Shown: positions 36,201 to 51,209, numbered from the stretch's first letter. The stretch is 64,000 bases of DNA from Camelus dromedarius (GCF_036321535.1 NC_087437.1:95606001-95670000), one strand, 5' to 3'. Notes: generated from the letters alone by a model not told the origin. Numbers and translations are program-made.

Positions 36201-39200
36201 CATCCCTCCTATATCATATAAGGAGGTCCCTCATGGTGGGGATGAGGAGAGAAGAATCAGAATCTGGGATCATATGCTTTGAGGGGAGTGAACTGTTCAA
36301 GGAGAAAGTATCTAACCTATCCTACCCCTACACTTTCACTAGTCAGTAGAGATTATATTTAAGGAGGATCACTGAGAGAGGTCAGAGAGCCCTGAAAGAA
36401 GGGGAGATTGAATTCTTGGCCCTAAACTGGATTCTTTCTGGATTGCAGTTTGCAAGCCTATTCAAGTGATAGCAGAGAACAGAACGAAGGAATCCTTGAG
36501 CAAGCTTCATCGCTTTCCTTGGAGTTTTAGGGATGTGTGTGAATTTAGAGTATGGTCCATACTTCTTAACCAAAGATTTCAAAGCTGGGAGGGCTGGAAG
36601 GAAATTTTCCCCCAGTTGTTTGTAACTTGGTGTAGAGTGGCTGGGAAGAAGAGTGCCTTTCCCACAACAGGCTTCTTAAAAAGACCTTAGCAGCTGACAT
36701 GTTTCTACAGGAAGGAGCACAGTGGATGAAGGAAAAAGAAAAAGCTTTTGAACTCTCTTGGTGGCGGCTGAACAAAGCTACATAATATCCATGGAGGACT
36801 TGGGGGTTTGGACCATTGTCAGGCCATACAGAGATACAGCTGCCATTCTCTGAGGGAATACTCAGTTTTGAATGAGATTGAGGTGAAAATGCATCCACCC
36901 ACAGAAAACCACATGTAATCTAACTGAGACTACACACCAGATGTAGATAAAAACAGAGACCAGGAATGCCATCCCAATCCAGACAGATACCCAGGAATGT
37001 AAGCACACGGTTATCTCCTGTCTTCCTCTCCCTAACCATCATCCAACAACAGAAGATTTAGGCCTTGTAAAGAGAGATTGTTTTCATTTTGAAATCAGAC
37101 CAGGATAGACGCCCTACTGTAACTGTGAGTGAGACAAAGAATAAAACCAGACTGTGCCTTCTCCCCACTCCAGATCCTTTTCCATCATGAATGGTTCATT
37201 TTTACACATAGTATGAACTTCTAAATAAAATGTTGAACTGGATATATTAATATGCGTACGTATTTATGAGGTATCAGGTAGCACACTAAATCATTTTTAT
37301 CTACTTCGTTCTTACCATAATTGATTCAGATAGTTACTATTTTTATGTCCATTGTACAATGGAGGGAACTTCGTGAACCTGAAGTTGTATTTGAACCCAG
37401 GTCTGTTTGATTTGCTCATTTTTAATGACTCTCCCATGAGTTCCCTTTTTTCTTAGAAACAGGATCCAAATCCCTATAAAGGCTTAGAGGGTCCTTTATA
37501 ATCAGTACCCTGTTTTCTCTATGACTCAACAAGTGTCCCTTTCTTATTTTGCTATTTTTTAATTCTAAAAATTTGGTACAAATATATAAAGTAAACCCAG
37601 GTACATTTTTTTCCCTAAAAACATGGGTAAAAGAAGAATAAAAAATTTATGACAGTGTAGGAAGAATGATTTATTTTCAATCCTGTGATCATGCAAGAAA
37701 CTTTAGAGGTCATAGCATGAGCAGAAACATTTGTATGCTTAAAGTCATCTGCACAGTTGAGAAGGGGACAAAGACAGAGTGTCATCGGAAACCATTAAGG
37801 ATCATTAATTCTTTTTTGGATGAGATAATGAGATCCTCTTAGGAATCTAAATGAATATGCATGAAACATTTTAGGTTAAGAAGGGAGCGTCATCTGTTTT
37901 GAAAAAGTTCTTACCCAAAATACAACCAAGATGAGTATAATTTTTTAATAATAAGAGGTTTCTAATTTTACATTCTAATTTTTAAGCTCATTCTTTAACA
38001 CCAGGTAAATAGCGTATTTCAGTTCCATTCAAGCTTTTTTTTGGTTCATGATCACATTCCTTCTGTTTCAAAAAAAAAAAAATGATTTCTGTATTTCAGT
38101 ATTGGAGCTTTTTAAAAAATCTGAACCACATATCCTCATCTCAAATAAGAACTTATAAGCAATTTCCAAAATAACAAGCATATATCTTATTTATAGTCCT
38201 TTGATTTTTTTCCATTTATTTACATTTATAGCTTTTTAAAAAAAAATTTTAACCAGGTAGAAATTGTTGAAGCATAGATAATTCACAAATTAGTGAATAT
38301 GTTTTGAGGTCTAACCTATGCCAGGCACTTTGGCATAAGGAGATGATAGTCCAGTGCAGCAGATGGACATTGATCACATAATTAGAGTCCAAACTGATGA
38401 GTGCAGTAACGGGTCGTGTGCAGAGAGCTAGGGATACGCAAACCTCAGCTAAATCCAACTGCCAGCATTTTTAACAAAGCTCTGCTCTTTCTATGAGTAC
38501 AATAGTAAGCTGTTCAGGAGACTGACTAGCCAAAGCAGTTTGTTTTATTGAATTGAGAATTTTCTTTTCTTTTTAAACCTCAATTTGTTGAAAAAAATGC
38601 AAAGGAACTTGAAGATGAGCAACTGATATAAGTCATTGCCTTACATGGTTTCATACTTTGGTCAGCCCAAATAACTTCCAGCCTATTATTTGACTTAAAA
38701 AACACCAGAAAGAAGGAATTCAAGCTTTAATGCTCAAATAATGATGCTTTATCCAACAATTGTGTGTGTATGTGTGTGTAAAATAATGTATTTAATCCAA
38801 ATATTTACTTTTATAGGAGTGCTATGTTACTGCAGTGGTATCTGAGAAGTGTTACTTTAAGTCACCATTGGTTTTGACCTTCTGCACATCCGTAAATGGT
38901 GTAATTTGTAAAAGGATTTTCCTTGTGATATATCCTCACAGGTTCTTTCTTAAGTCATCACATAGGCTTTGTCAACATAATTGTTATTGGCAATTATTTA
39001 TTGTTCATGTGAGAAAATCAACATTTTCTTTTTTGGAAAATAATAGCCATTTGCTTCCGTATGTTTTGAATTGTTATCTTATGAAACTGGTCTTTCTTGG
39101 GGTTAGGGGCATTTGAAGGAGCCCTGTGAGAGAGTCAGAGAAGACTGACAGATGAACTGGGAAGACTCTTACTAGACTGGACTCAGCCCGTTTCTGCTCT

Positions 39201-39939
39201 TGTCAATGACCTGAGAGTTATAGTCAGCCCTTACATTGTAAACAGCAATTCTGCAGGAAGTTCAAATGGAATAAAATGTGAAGAGATAGCATTTGGGCTG
39301 CCCTACAGGAATGAAATGATACAACTATGTTGGCTTCTGCTATCAGGACCCCATGACCTCTAAGAAAGCCTCTGATGTTAGCTTAGAACAATGAACAAAG
39401 AAGACCAATATGATCTAAGGGCAAAACTACTAATGATTGTGCTAAACAATGAACAGGTCAATGAGAATCAATAAAAGGAAGAAGTTTGTACTTCCAAAGA
39501 ACCAGCATTAAAAAGTTTTTAGGAGTGATGGAGTTGGCTCTAGTAATAATGATAATAATAATTAAAACGCCATTTATTAGTTACTCATTATGTGCTAGTC
39601 CAAGTACTATGCTAAGAATTTTACACACATTATGTCATTTAATTCTCACAACAAACTTTTGTTGTAGTCACTGTTATTATTATTTTTAATTAATGGCCAG
39701 AAAACTGGTTGTAAGAGATTAAATAAATTGCTCACGGTAATCCTCTTAATCAAGGTCAAAACTAGGTTTCAGATCCTGATGGATTCTAGAACCAAACCTA
39801 TAGTTACTCACTATTGGACAATAAGAGTAGTTTGATTTAGAGTTTAGAGCCTAGGTATCAGCACCTTCATCAAACAGGAAACTCAAGAGCAAGGATTAAG
39901 CTTCCAGAAACCAAACCAGTAATTTTCAGCTGGGCTAGT

Positions 39940-40110
39940 TTTACTCTTCTCCCAGGAAGCATTTTGGGTTGCCACAACTGAGAGAGGGAGCTACAAGCAT
40001 CTGGTGGGTAGAGGTTAGGGATGCTTCTATATACTCTACAACTTAGAGGACAGGAACTCTCAACAAATAATTATCTGGACCAAAATGTCAAAAGTGCTGA
40101 AATTCCTAAA
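39940..40110. mobile_element. MER20-like DNA transposon remnant
   Basis: TTTTGGGTTGCCACAACTG...CATCTGGTGGGTAGAGG...CAAAATGTCAAAAGTGCTGA. Confidence 0.65.
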
Positions 40111-40126
40111 TCTTGGACTAAACTAT

Positions 40127-40692
40127 TAGGGCAAATTACATAATTTGTGGGGCCTGGTACAAAATAAAAATGCAGGGTACCATGTCTAAAAAGCAGGGAA
40201 ATGCTTTTTTTTTTTTTTTTTTTTTTTTTTGCCATCTCTTACTTTACCTGTCATGGTGGCTTTTATTTGCTAATGAAAGTCAAATTTCCTTGGCAGGATT
40301 AGTGGCTGAGCAACTACAGGTCTTGACTGATGTCCAGGGCTCCAACCTGCAACTGGGCACTGACTTCAACTCTCTCTTTGCCCACATCCAGGCTCCACCA
40401 AGGGAGAAGGATGGTGCAAGTCACTGGGCAGGGGGAGCTGGTGACAGAGAACCCATCTCAGGGAGGTAGAAAAGCAGCAGGAATCAGAATGTCAGTGAGT
40501 TAAGGCTCTAAGCCATCAGTACATGCTTCAGTTGTTCCACCAGACTTTACTAACAAAATATAAGTTAAAAAATGGAGTTATTAAGAATTTCAAGATGGTG
40601 ACCACACAGCTTTATACCCTTAGCATGGGATCCCCTTCTGAGTGTGGGGCCATGTGTGACAGCATTGGTCCATCATCCAGGAGGTTGGCCTG
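40127..40692. mobile_element. MER45-like (hAT-Tip100) DNA transposon remnant
   Basis: CATAATTTGTGGGGCCTGGTACAAAATAAAAATGCAGGG start and GTGGGGCCATGTGTGACAGCA...GTTGGCCTG end. Confidence 0.55.
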
Positions 40693-41264
40693 GTAGACTG
40701 ATAATGACAATTGGAAAGGATTAGGGAGGTGACTGCCTGGCTGGTGCAAGAATCTCAAAAGAGAAAGTTTAAAGGGCTAGATAGAAACTGCCTTTTTTTA
40801 TTCAAAGGTTTAGAAACCACAGCAGGAGGCCAAAATTTGAGTGTCAAGTTTTGTCCCCTTTAGGAACATAAGAGTGTATCACCAGAAAGCAGTAGCGACT
40901 TAGAGTGACCAAAGATTAAAGAAGAGGAAACCAATAATGGAAGGCTAAACTGGAATATTGACAAGATAGCACAGAAGGGGGCAGTCCTTGGAATAGATCA
41001 AGCAACACATGGTGGGTCTAAGCAGGGACAATAGAGATTCAGAACATTTGGAGGCAGAAATGGGGATTCTTGGAAGCGCTAATCCGAAAGACATTGTAGG
41101 ATGACTTCAATATATATTCTGGATACTGATAGTTTGAGGCTGAGTCAGGTGATTCCAGGATGCATTCTGAAACAAGAAAAGCAGAAAAGGGCAGAAGTTC
41201 CTGATTGCTTCGGCTTAATTTGGCGCTAGCAGACATAAAATGCATGTGTTAGCAAGTAGCATGT

Positions 41265-41604
41265 TGTGGTAGGCAGGATGATGGCCCTTCAAGATGCCCA
41301 CACCCCATGACATTGTTACCTTACATGGCAAAAGGAGTATTGAAGATGTGTTTAAGGTTACAGACATTAAGATCAGGAGATGATCTTGAATTATCAAAAT
41401 GTGCCCAAACTGATCACTTGAGTTCTTGAAAGATTCTCCCCTAGGGTCACCAGAAAGGAGCATAGCCCAGCCAACACCCTGATTCTAGCCCAATGAGACC
41501 ATGTCAGATTTCTGCTCTACAGGACTGTAAGATAATAAATTTGTCTTGTTTTTAGCCATTGTGTTTGTGGCACTTTGTTACAGCAGTAAAATGTAACCAA
41601 TACA
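41265..41604 (+). mobile_element. MLT1 (MaLR) solo LTR
   Basis: TGTGGTAGGCAGGATGATGGCCC...GTAAGATAATAAATTTG...GTAACCAATACA. Confidence 0.8.
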
Positions 41605-43125
41605 CATGTACTGAGCTTGCATAGTAGACTGAATACTGTAAGAAGACATGATGGAATCCTGGCAAATTAGAGCTGGGATGATCACTGAGATAATTGAACC
41701 TAATATCCTCACTTTAGAGAGAAGAAACCTGTTGTTTAAAGGAGTTAACTGACATGCCAAAGGTCACTCAATCTGATCTGTCAGCCAAATCCTCCTCCCC
41801 TTTCTACAGTACTACACAATTCTTAATAAAAGGTTTCATAGGCAGGGGGTGAGGGCAAATGAAAATAGATGTAGCACTCATATTATCAAGAGAAAAGCTG
41901 TAAGAGCCAGGGAGAGAATAAACAGAAATGAGAGGAAGAAATGAACCGGGAGAGAAGTAAATCTTTTTCGTTTGAAGACAAGTTCCAGTTAGAACTGAAA
42001 ACACTTAAAGCACAACCTGCCAGGGGAAAAAAGATAAATCGGCCTCTAGAAGCAGAGGTAAAGCATGAAAAATGATCAGACGAGACGGGAGGGAGAAGCT
42101 CTCGCCCATGTCTCTGCACCATCTAAATCAGAGGAGCTTTGTTTCTGTAGTTGCTTCCAGAGTCAACTTCTCCTTGATAAACTAGGTGGTGAGTCCAAGA
42201 GGTGGCTGTGTATCTCATTAGTCCTGTGAAGGGCAGCCAGGGAAGATGTACTTTCCCTCAGAGAAACAGTGCTGCCCTTGGAGAGTAATTCCACCTGAGT
42301 GGCTGACCTGAAAACAGACCTTTTCTTCTAATGCCAAGTCTCAGAAGAGAGCTGCCTTTCTCCCGACATTCTTTATGGGCCTTCTCTCGGTTAGAAATTA
42401 AAGAGAAATATGTCAGACACAGTCTAGGAACAAAGCATAAAACATGACTCTAATAGGTTACTAATAGTGGTAGTGCCATTGAAAATACCCAGAAAAGATC
42501 AAATTGTCATGATTTAAAAGGTCAGCGGAATCTTCAATCATGTAAGTCTTGCTCTGATTTGCTAACTAATTTCTTTTTTATGGGGAAGGACACACCTGTA
42601 AAGTCCAGTGGTAGACATTGTTTCAGTGCAGGTCCAGTTTGTATAGAGTGGCATTTGTAACCATGCAATTGGTTTTCCACATTTTTTGATTAAACAGCCA
42701 CAGCATTGGTATGAATGTATAGCGAGAAGGAAAAATAATTTCTATCTTAGCTCATTTTAATTACACTTGGATAACAGTTGCACCTGAAAAGCCAATTATG
42801 CCAAGCTTTTTAAATAGTGTTTGTCCTTGCATGTGTCTATCTGTCTGGCCTTCGTTTGGCCACCTCATTTGCCAAATTCCCCATGCCTTCCTTTTACTCT
42901 GTTCCACGGCTTCTCTATAAAATGTTCCTCCAGATTTCGCCCTCATCCCACCCAACTGCAGTAGCAGAAATCACGCAGCCTAAAACTTCTCATATAATTG
43001 CAGTGCCGCGTCTAGAAAACTCAGCATCATCTGCTCCAAGAACAAAAGCTTTCTTCTGAAGGGATTTCTCCCTCATTCTCCCAACACCAAACACCCCCAT
43101 TTCCAGCCCCAAGCTGACAAATCTT

Positions 43126-43550
43126 TTTTTTTTTATGTTCTTTTACTTTTAATTTTTTAATCGAAGTATAGTTGATTTATAATGTTGTGTTAGTTTCTGG
43201 TGTACAGCATAGTGATTCAGTTTTACATATATATACACACACTTTTAAAATTGAAGTATAGTCAGTGCACAATGTGTTAATTTCTGATGTACAGCATAAT
43301 GTTTCCGTCATCCATGTACATACATATATTCCTTTTCATATTCTTTTTCATTATAGATTACTACCAGATATCAAATATAGTTCCCTGTGCTATACAGAAG
43401 AAATTTGTTGTTTATCTATTTTATGTATAGTAGTTAGTATCTGTGAATCTCGAACTCCCTTCCCACCCCCTTTCCCCTCTGGTAACCATAATATATACTC
43501 TTTTTCATGATAGGTTATTACAAGATATTGAATGTAGTTCCCTGTACTAT
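43126..43550 (-). mobile_element. Nested L1 3'-end fragments
   Basis: 14-bp TSD AGCTGACAAATCTT at 43112-43125 and 43551-43564. A second L1 3' end (~43243-43491) interrupts the first. Confidence 0.85.
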
Positions 43551-44982
43551 AGCTGACAAATCTTGACATGGTGCTGTCAATTGTCAATCAGATGACAAAT
43601 GAATCATTTATTCTCCATTACATTCTAAGAGTCAGATTTGATATATGAGTGAAACCCTTGGCCTTCATTCCTTTGCTCAGCTTCTCCCCAGATTTCCACC
43701 TAGTCCCTCCACCTTAAGGTTCCCTATGATATAAGTAGATATAGCAGAAGCTCTTATTCAGAGCTGGGTTTTTTGGTTCTTTTTGGTAGTTGATTTTGGG
43801 TCTCATGTATATTGTTGAACTAGATGAAGATATCTTGTATTATTATTACCCTTAATCAAAATAAGAGATTTTTGAAAAATTGTGGCTTTGTTTATGTATG
43901 CTAATTTAACCTCTGGGATTGTTTTAGGATAGTGTATTTAATGAAGGTTAAAAACTTGCTTAACTGTGTTTTCAAGGATTAAATTAATCTTACTTTCTAA
44001 ATTTCCTTTCAATCTTATCCAGAAAGTGACTAAATCCATATTATTTAGTTATGGTGTTTATCTGACACCCTATCTTTGTCTTGGTATAAAGTAGAAATCA
44101 GAGTCTAAGGCATGTTTTAGTATCAGAGTCTAAGGCAAATCTCAAAAGGAGAAAGGCAATTTGAAGTTACATGAATCCCCCATTACTCCCCTCACCTTCA
44201 GAACCCTCTACGAGAGGATAATAACCCGCCCTTCCTAGCATCAGAGAATGATTGTTCTGTGGTTGCCCTCCCTGCTTTTTATATCTTTGAATATAGTCCT
44301 TGCCACAATTCAATGGTTAGTAATATTTTTATTTCAATTTTTAGGTTAGAAACCTGGGTATAGAGAGGTTAGGAAATTTACCTGTAAAAAAGTGGAATTA
44401 TCTTTCAAATACATGTGCGTTGACTCGAAAGCCCTTGTACTTGACTCCTCTCCTATGCAGCCCAGAGTCATCCTTTAAAACCTAGAATCTTACTCTTAAC
44501 ACTGGTAGATATATCACATAAATTTTGTATCAGATACCAAAACAATATAAAGAGCCAAGAGTAAAGAGGCAAAAACAAGGTTATAAAAGAAAAGAAAGAA
44601 AATATAAGCCTTTATGGTTTAAAGACAAATTCAGCTTAGTTTTTCTTTCCCATTTGTTCATATCTACTGATGAAAAAGCTACTAGGAAAAACCCTTGCTG
44701 CCACTGACCCCTGTGGGAAGGTCATTGTCTATGAGGTGCGTGCATTTTTCCCAGGTCATTGCAGACGTATTCTACAATTGGCAGGTGGCAAGGTCAGTTC
44801 AGGAACAAACTCTTTACTGTCTTCCTTTAAGATTCTTTAAGATTCACTGTCAAATAGGGCTCTGCTTACTTACCGTGAATTTGGAAAAACTCACTTACTA
44901 CACTTGTCTCAACAAAGCAAGCAAATGAATTAATAAAAACAAGAGAGAGAGGAGAGACTAGGTGATAAGTTATTTTAGCCCC

Positions 44983-45466
44983 TTATGATGGTTGATTTTA
45001 TGTGTCAACTTGACTGGCCACAGGCTGCTTAGATTAAATATTACTTCTGGGTGTGTTTGTGAGGGTGTTTCCAAATGAGATTAGCATGTGAATCAGTGGA
45101 CTTGGTGAAGTAGATTGCCCTCTCCAATTCTGGTGGCCATCATTCAGTCTGTTGAGGGTTAGAAAGGCACCGAAGGCAGGGGAAGGAGGAATTCATATCC
45201 TTTTTTCCAGCCCTGCTATTTGATCTGAGACATTGCATCTTATTCTCTCCTGCCCTCAGACTGGGGCTTACACTATAGATGCCCCTAGTTCTCAGGTCTT
45301 CAGACTTGGACTGAATTACACCACTGGATGCATCTCCAGCTGCAAATGGCAGATGGTGCAACTTCTCAGCTTCCATAATTGCATGGCCAGTCCTCATGAT
45401 CAATCAATCAGTCAGTGAGTAAATAACCTATTGGTTCTGTTTCTCTAGAGAACACTGACTAACACA
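44983..45466 (+). mobile_element. MLT2 solo LTR
   Basis: TATGATGGTTGATTTTATGTGTCAACTTGACTGG...GAGAACACTGACTAACACA. Confidence 0.85.
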
Positions 45467-45974
45467 CCCCCTGAATGTAGGGACTCTGTCTGACTTCTCT
45501 TTATTTTCCCATTTTCTAGAATAGACCATTACATGTAAGTTAGGAGGGCTCAGTAACTATTGAACTCTAGCTGCCAATCTGTAGTAATACAGGTAGAGCA
45601 GAGAATTAATAAAATTCTAAAAGCCCTTAAGTATGTTAAAGCAAAACTCTGTTTTTCTTGGGTTAACAGTAAAACCTTTTTTGCAACTTCTGAAGACTCT
45701 TAAGTTTGATAGAGAAGAGAGAGAAAAACTGATTGAAGTAGGGTGACAAGAAGAACCCAGTCTTTCAATAAAATTTCTACATAGAGATAGAGTTAAGTGC
45801 ATTATTTTCTAAACTAGACTGTTCTTTCCCAAGTAAAGATCACATTATTGGATAAATATCCAAATTAACTAAACTCACATTTGGGAACAGGCTGCTGTTT
45901 TCTCTCAAGTTATTTGATGAAAGGGAACTGATCTGGTATGTAGCTACATTTACTTAAATGCATCTATAACTTAA

Positions 45975-46593
45975 TGTGTTATAGAAAAACAGAGAACAGA
46001 ACCAACAGGAGATATACATATATATGGAGAAAAATATATCAAATATGAGCTATAAGGACTATATTATTATTTCCTTAAATCACTATATAAGAAAACATGT
46101 ATATATATAGTAAAAGTATATATTATAAGGTAGTTCACATGACTATGGAAACTGAGAAATCCCCAAATCTGTAGTTGGTAAGCTGGAGACCCAAGAGAAC
46201 CAACAGGGTAGTTCCAGTTTGAGTCCAAAGTCTTGAGAACCAGGAGAGCTGAGGTTCTAGTTTGAAAGCTGACAGGCTCAAGACCCAAGAAGAGGTGACA
46301 TTTCAGTTCAAGACCAAAGAGAGAAAGAGATCAGTGTCCCAGCTCATGTAGTCTGGCAGGAGGAATCCCCTCCCTTGCAGGAGGGTCAGCCTTTTTGTTC
46401 CATTCAGGCCTTCAACAGATTCGATGAAGACCACTCATGTTGGGGAGGAGAGGAATCTTGATATTCTCAGGCTACTGATTCAGATATTAATCTCAGCTAA
46501 AACATCCTCACAGACACACTCAGAATAATGTTTGACCAAATGTCTGGGGCCCCTGTGGCCTGGTCGAGTTAACACATAAAATTAACCATCACA
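45975..46593 (-). mobile_element. MLT2 solo LTR
   Basis: CAGAACCAACAGGAGATATAC...ACACATAAAATTAACCATCACA (reverse of the MLT2 start). Confidence 0.8.
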
Positions 46594-49369
46594 GTTTCTA
46601 ATAGGAATGAAGGGTGGGGAAAGGTCTTTAGAGAGAAATTGATCATCAGGATATTCTGGCAAAAGCTCCTATTCAGAACTGTATAGTAGGCATGATTTGT
46701 GGGAGAGGGAAAAATATTTTTCTGAGGAAAATGCCCCTAAGTAACAATGGCTTCTTTTTATAACTTCAATTATTTATTAGTTTCCTTCAGGCTTCACATC
46801 TTTCTGGAAATCAGGAAGCCTGAACTATATAGATGTATTGATCCAGGACTCATCTTAGTGACTATATTTAACATTTCCTTTCACAAGGAACAAACAGTTT
46901 CTTTTTCTGCAGCATTTTGTGAAAAACCTGGCTAAACAACTGCTTCCTGTTTATAGATAGAAAGTACATTTAACATGAATTCAAAATGTCAGAGAGAAAT
47001 GCTCTCAGTAAGGATTTTTCAACAAACTTGTACATTTCATGGATTTATATCATAGTTTTCCTTGTGCTTAAAAAGTAAGTATTTCTCTTGTAAATTCTTT
47101 TGTTCAAAAAATTAATATCACAGATTTATAATTCTTTAGGGGATAATTTTTTAATTTTTCTTTTGATAAGAAAAATGAGAAATTTCTGTATCAGTCCATC
47201 CTCAAATTATTAGACATGTGACTATGGTAAGGATTTAAGGTTAATCTTAATTTGGTCCTAGGTCAGTCTTGTTAGCACAGAGACTCTTTGAGGAACAAAA
47301 GCTGTCATTTTAATCCATATCGGATACTGGACCATACACTTTACTTGTGATGGTGGCCAAGGGAGGAAATGTTACCTTCTCAGAGATCACACAGTTAGAA
47401 AGTGGCAAAGTCAGCAACTGCAGCCCAACCACTAGATAACTCTTCCTACCAGTCCTCACATTCTAACTGATTACTCCAAGATGAACTTGGCATTTCGAGG
47501 GGGTCTCTGACCAGCCTCCAATCTAACCAAAGTTGTGGTCCAAGTATCTCATTTAGAGATGGTTTGCCTTTTCCCACAATCCAATATCCCAGAAAACTTG
47601 CTGTGCAAGAACAGGGGCTGGGACACAGGATTTTCAATTAGGAATTTGCTGACAATTAGGTTGAGAGAGACAGATTCTGAGTCTAATGAGCAGAGGGCTG
47701 AATGATTTGCATGGTAGTCAGTACAGTCGGACCACAGCACAGTACATAAAATTATATCTACAAAATTTTTTAATCATATATTTAAATTGACTGAATTCTT
47801 CTGTACTCATTTTCTCATATTTGAGGTATCTGTGTATTAGATATTTAAGTATACGTATGATAGCTGTGGAAATGACAAATTTTGTACATCTGCTAGGCTG
47901 TGTACTGCAAGTCTGGTGCATCTAATCCATTGGTCATATGGATTAAAAAAATTGTCTCTCCTTGAGAAAATTGTCTCCCTTGGGTGTATACATTCATTTT
48001 ATAATGAAGTACAGTCAATTTATTGAAAACTATTGAACTGGTTGTTGTCTGTTCAGGAATTTCTTAATTCTAACAATGGCAAGGTAAAATAAAATCAGTA
48101 GGTAATATCATGAGGAATGTCATCCTTTATGATTTGAAAATCAAATTTACTTTCACCCACTGCAAATAATCCCATCGCTTGTGTCATTAAATAATCTTCA
48201 TTCTGTATCACTATGTTATACTTACGGGAGAAACATTGAAGGAAAACCTTGAACATATGTTGATATTTTCATCAGTCATCCATCACCATAATGAGTAACC
48301 AAAGCCCCTTGGAAAATAATATATCTAGCATTGCATAGATTCCCAAGCACTGGCTTCTTGAGTAACACACATTGAGAGACATTAATATGAATGTTATGCT
48401 AATTTGTCTGCCTTTGACCTAGAGTTTATTTAAAATCCTAGAGGATTTTCAAGAGGCTATTGCTTTATTAAATTAACTCACAGAGCAAAGCTAACTTCAG
48501 CCTCTTATTTTATTAGGACAAATTAATCTAAAACATTATTTGAAGAAAGAGTCAACACAAGATCTTTAAGAAGTGTAGTTCAATTTAAGTTTTAGTTGAA
48601 ATCTGCAGTGGTGGTTTAAAACTAGAGTCAAGCATTCTTGAATTTAGTTCACAACTTTACTACTTACTATCTGTATGTTTTTAGGTATATTATTTACAAT
48701 ATTTTAGTCCTTAGTGTAGCCAACAGTAAATTTCAGTAAAGGGTAATTAATATTTATCTCACTGATTGTTATAAAGATTAAATATAATAATTATATAAAG
48801 ATTTAAGAATAGTCTCTGGCACATAGTAAGCACTAAATATACAGTTATTATTAAATGTCTCTTAATTATTATTTTCAGAACCTTAATTCATAACAGGAAT
48901 TTTGTAGAACAAAATACAAACTATTACTCAACTCAGAAATTTTCCTCTGAGGGCAATCATAATGCTTCAGCAATCTGATGATATGGTTTCTTTTTGAAAT
49001 TCTTTAAATATGAAAGTATTAAATATAAAATTCAAAATATGAGAATTTTAAAATAAATGTGTATGGTAGCATTTCACTGAAGGATTACCACAATAAATCC
49101 GGTAGACAAGATGACATTTCTAACTTCACGGTCCTGTTACAGATGGAAATGTATAGAATATGACAAGCATCCCAAATCAAGGGTTAGCAAGTGATAAGTG
49201 ATAAAAAATTTGAGAAGGAAGTCATTATGGACTTGTTAGTTAGTTAGATAAGTGGGGGCACTGGGCAGATAGGTGAAGGAGAGGAAGGATATCCAGAAGA
49301 TGGTGTTATGCCTGCCTCCAGCATGAAGGGACATTAATTCTTCTAAATGAGTGCCAGCAAGAAACTGGT

Positions 49370-49770
49370 TAAAACCCAACAGCCATGACTGCATGGTAGC
49401 AAAAAGTACTTAACCTGACACGACCCAGTGTTCATTGTACTATATAATTAACATTGAAGTTTAGCCACCCCCACCATGGAGTTTTCTTTGTACACCATGA
49501 GTAAGGACATGTGCAAAGGGGCCAACATGACTAAGTACGCCAGGGACAAGAGCTGTCAATCAATCAAGAGACCACCTCTAAGTGAAGGTATAAGAGAAAG
49601 GGGAGACAAAACCCACCATGATTCCTCCTTGAATCAGCCCATTTCCCACTCTTGGAGGTATACTTTATTTTTCCCTAAATAAATCTTTTAAAATCTTTTT
49701 GCTACACAGTGCTTTCCATCTCCCATGTGTAAATCTTATCTTTTGGGTAAGACAGGAATCATTTTTTTTC
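49370..49770 (+). mobile_element. ERV1-type LTR remnant
   Basis: LTR-like body with GTATAAGA, AATAAA at ~49677 and a degenerate U5. Boundaries uncertain. Confidence 0.45.
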
Positions 49771-50462
49771 CCATTTCCTTTTTGGGTAACAAACTCATGG
49801 AAATAGTAAATCTTAAACTTAAGTTTTAAGAAAGAGTACAATTTAAATCCATATATTTCATAGAAATTTATAAAATTTAGATTTATAAGTGTATGGTTAA
49901 CTATGAGTAAGAAATTCAAAGATAAATATTTCATGATGTATTTGGGAAACAAAAAATGGACTTTTTATTTAGAATGGAATTCTTATAGGAAGGAAGAGGT
50001 TGAACATTTTTAGAAATTCTTGAATAGTAGGAAAGGAATATAACTTGACATATAACTTATCAGTTAGCTAAAATATTCAAATTAAAATATAAATCTAATG
50101 AATCAATGGGAAAATTGCAAAAATATATGTTTAAGTATCCCCCTTAATGTCTTTTTAAAAACTGCTCTGTCATCTATTTGACACTATTTAAATAAGTCAT
50201 ACTGTGTTAACTGGTGATCCAGATATCAGCTCCCTTCTCCACTCCACACACATATATGTGGCCATCATTTTTTTTCCACCCCTCACAGATCCCTTTTCCA
50301 GTTTCCATAACAAATTAATCATATAAAGCTCATCATGCTGTTTTTACTTTTACCTCACATAGCCTATGGCTCATTGAAAAATTCCATTAGACGTGTCTCT
50401 TTCTTCTCTGTCCCACTTCCACACTGGAGGGCAGATCTTCTCTGTGTACTACACCCTTCCCA

Positions 50463-50477
50463 AAACACACACACACG

Positions 50478-50508
<31 letters not shown>
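50463..50508. repeat. (CA)n microsatellite
   Basis: Direct read of the sequence. Confidence 0.9.
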
Positions 50509-51116
50509 CCCTACCTGAGCTCTGCTAGCTCCTTCCTCTGTGCTTCTGGCCTTTTTCACTCTTCACCCCTCAGGTACATCCATATTCTCCTCCCTCCTCA
50601 GGTAGGGGAGATGTCCCTTTCCTTTGGACTTCGGGTTGCCAGCCTAATACTCAGGATGCCACCGTCCATCTTACCGTGGGGTTATCATGGCATTTTCTTA
50701 GCAGAGGAACCCTTCTCTCTCCTAGAATTCTTGTGCTGGTTACAAAAAAGGACAAAAATTCTTCATGAATTATGTTGTAAAAACAAATACCCAATTGTTA
50801 TTAAAGATGGCTAAGTAACTAGGGAAAGTTTTATCACAAATTAAATGAAAAACAGTTACAGAATAATACATATCTATAATGAGGCTTCCTTTTCAGCAGA
50901 AAATATACTCATAAAAATATCTGACAGCATTTATAGCAAATAGTTAATTGTGGTATCATCTTGAGAATAATACGAAGGGAATTTCTCTTGCAACTCATTC
51001 ACTTCTGAATTCTGTGAAAATTTTTAATATTCATGTGTTAATTTTATGAGACAAAATAATGTTTTCATTTGAAATATAAATCAGGTTACATACATTGATT
51101 TTGAGGGAGTGATTAG

Positions 51117-51209
51117 ATTTATTTATTTATTTAATGGCAGTACTGGGGCTTAAACCCAGGACCTTGTGCATGCCACGCACGCACTCTACCACTGAGCTAT
51201 ACCCTCCCC
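51117..51209 (-). mobile_element. tRNA-derived SINE, Vic-1-like (camelid)
   Basis: Minus strand GGGGAGGGTATAGCTCAGTGGTAGAGTGCGTGCGTGGCATGCACAAGGTCCTGGGTTTAAGCCCCAGTAC with A- and B-box-like motifs and a (TAAA)n tail. Confidence 0.85.

Noticed and set aside
51135..51209. tRNA-Ala-like gene
   Set aside because: Degenerate arms and a (TAAA)n tail indicate a SINE.
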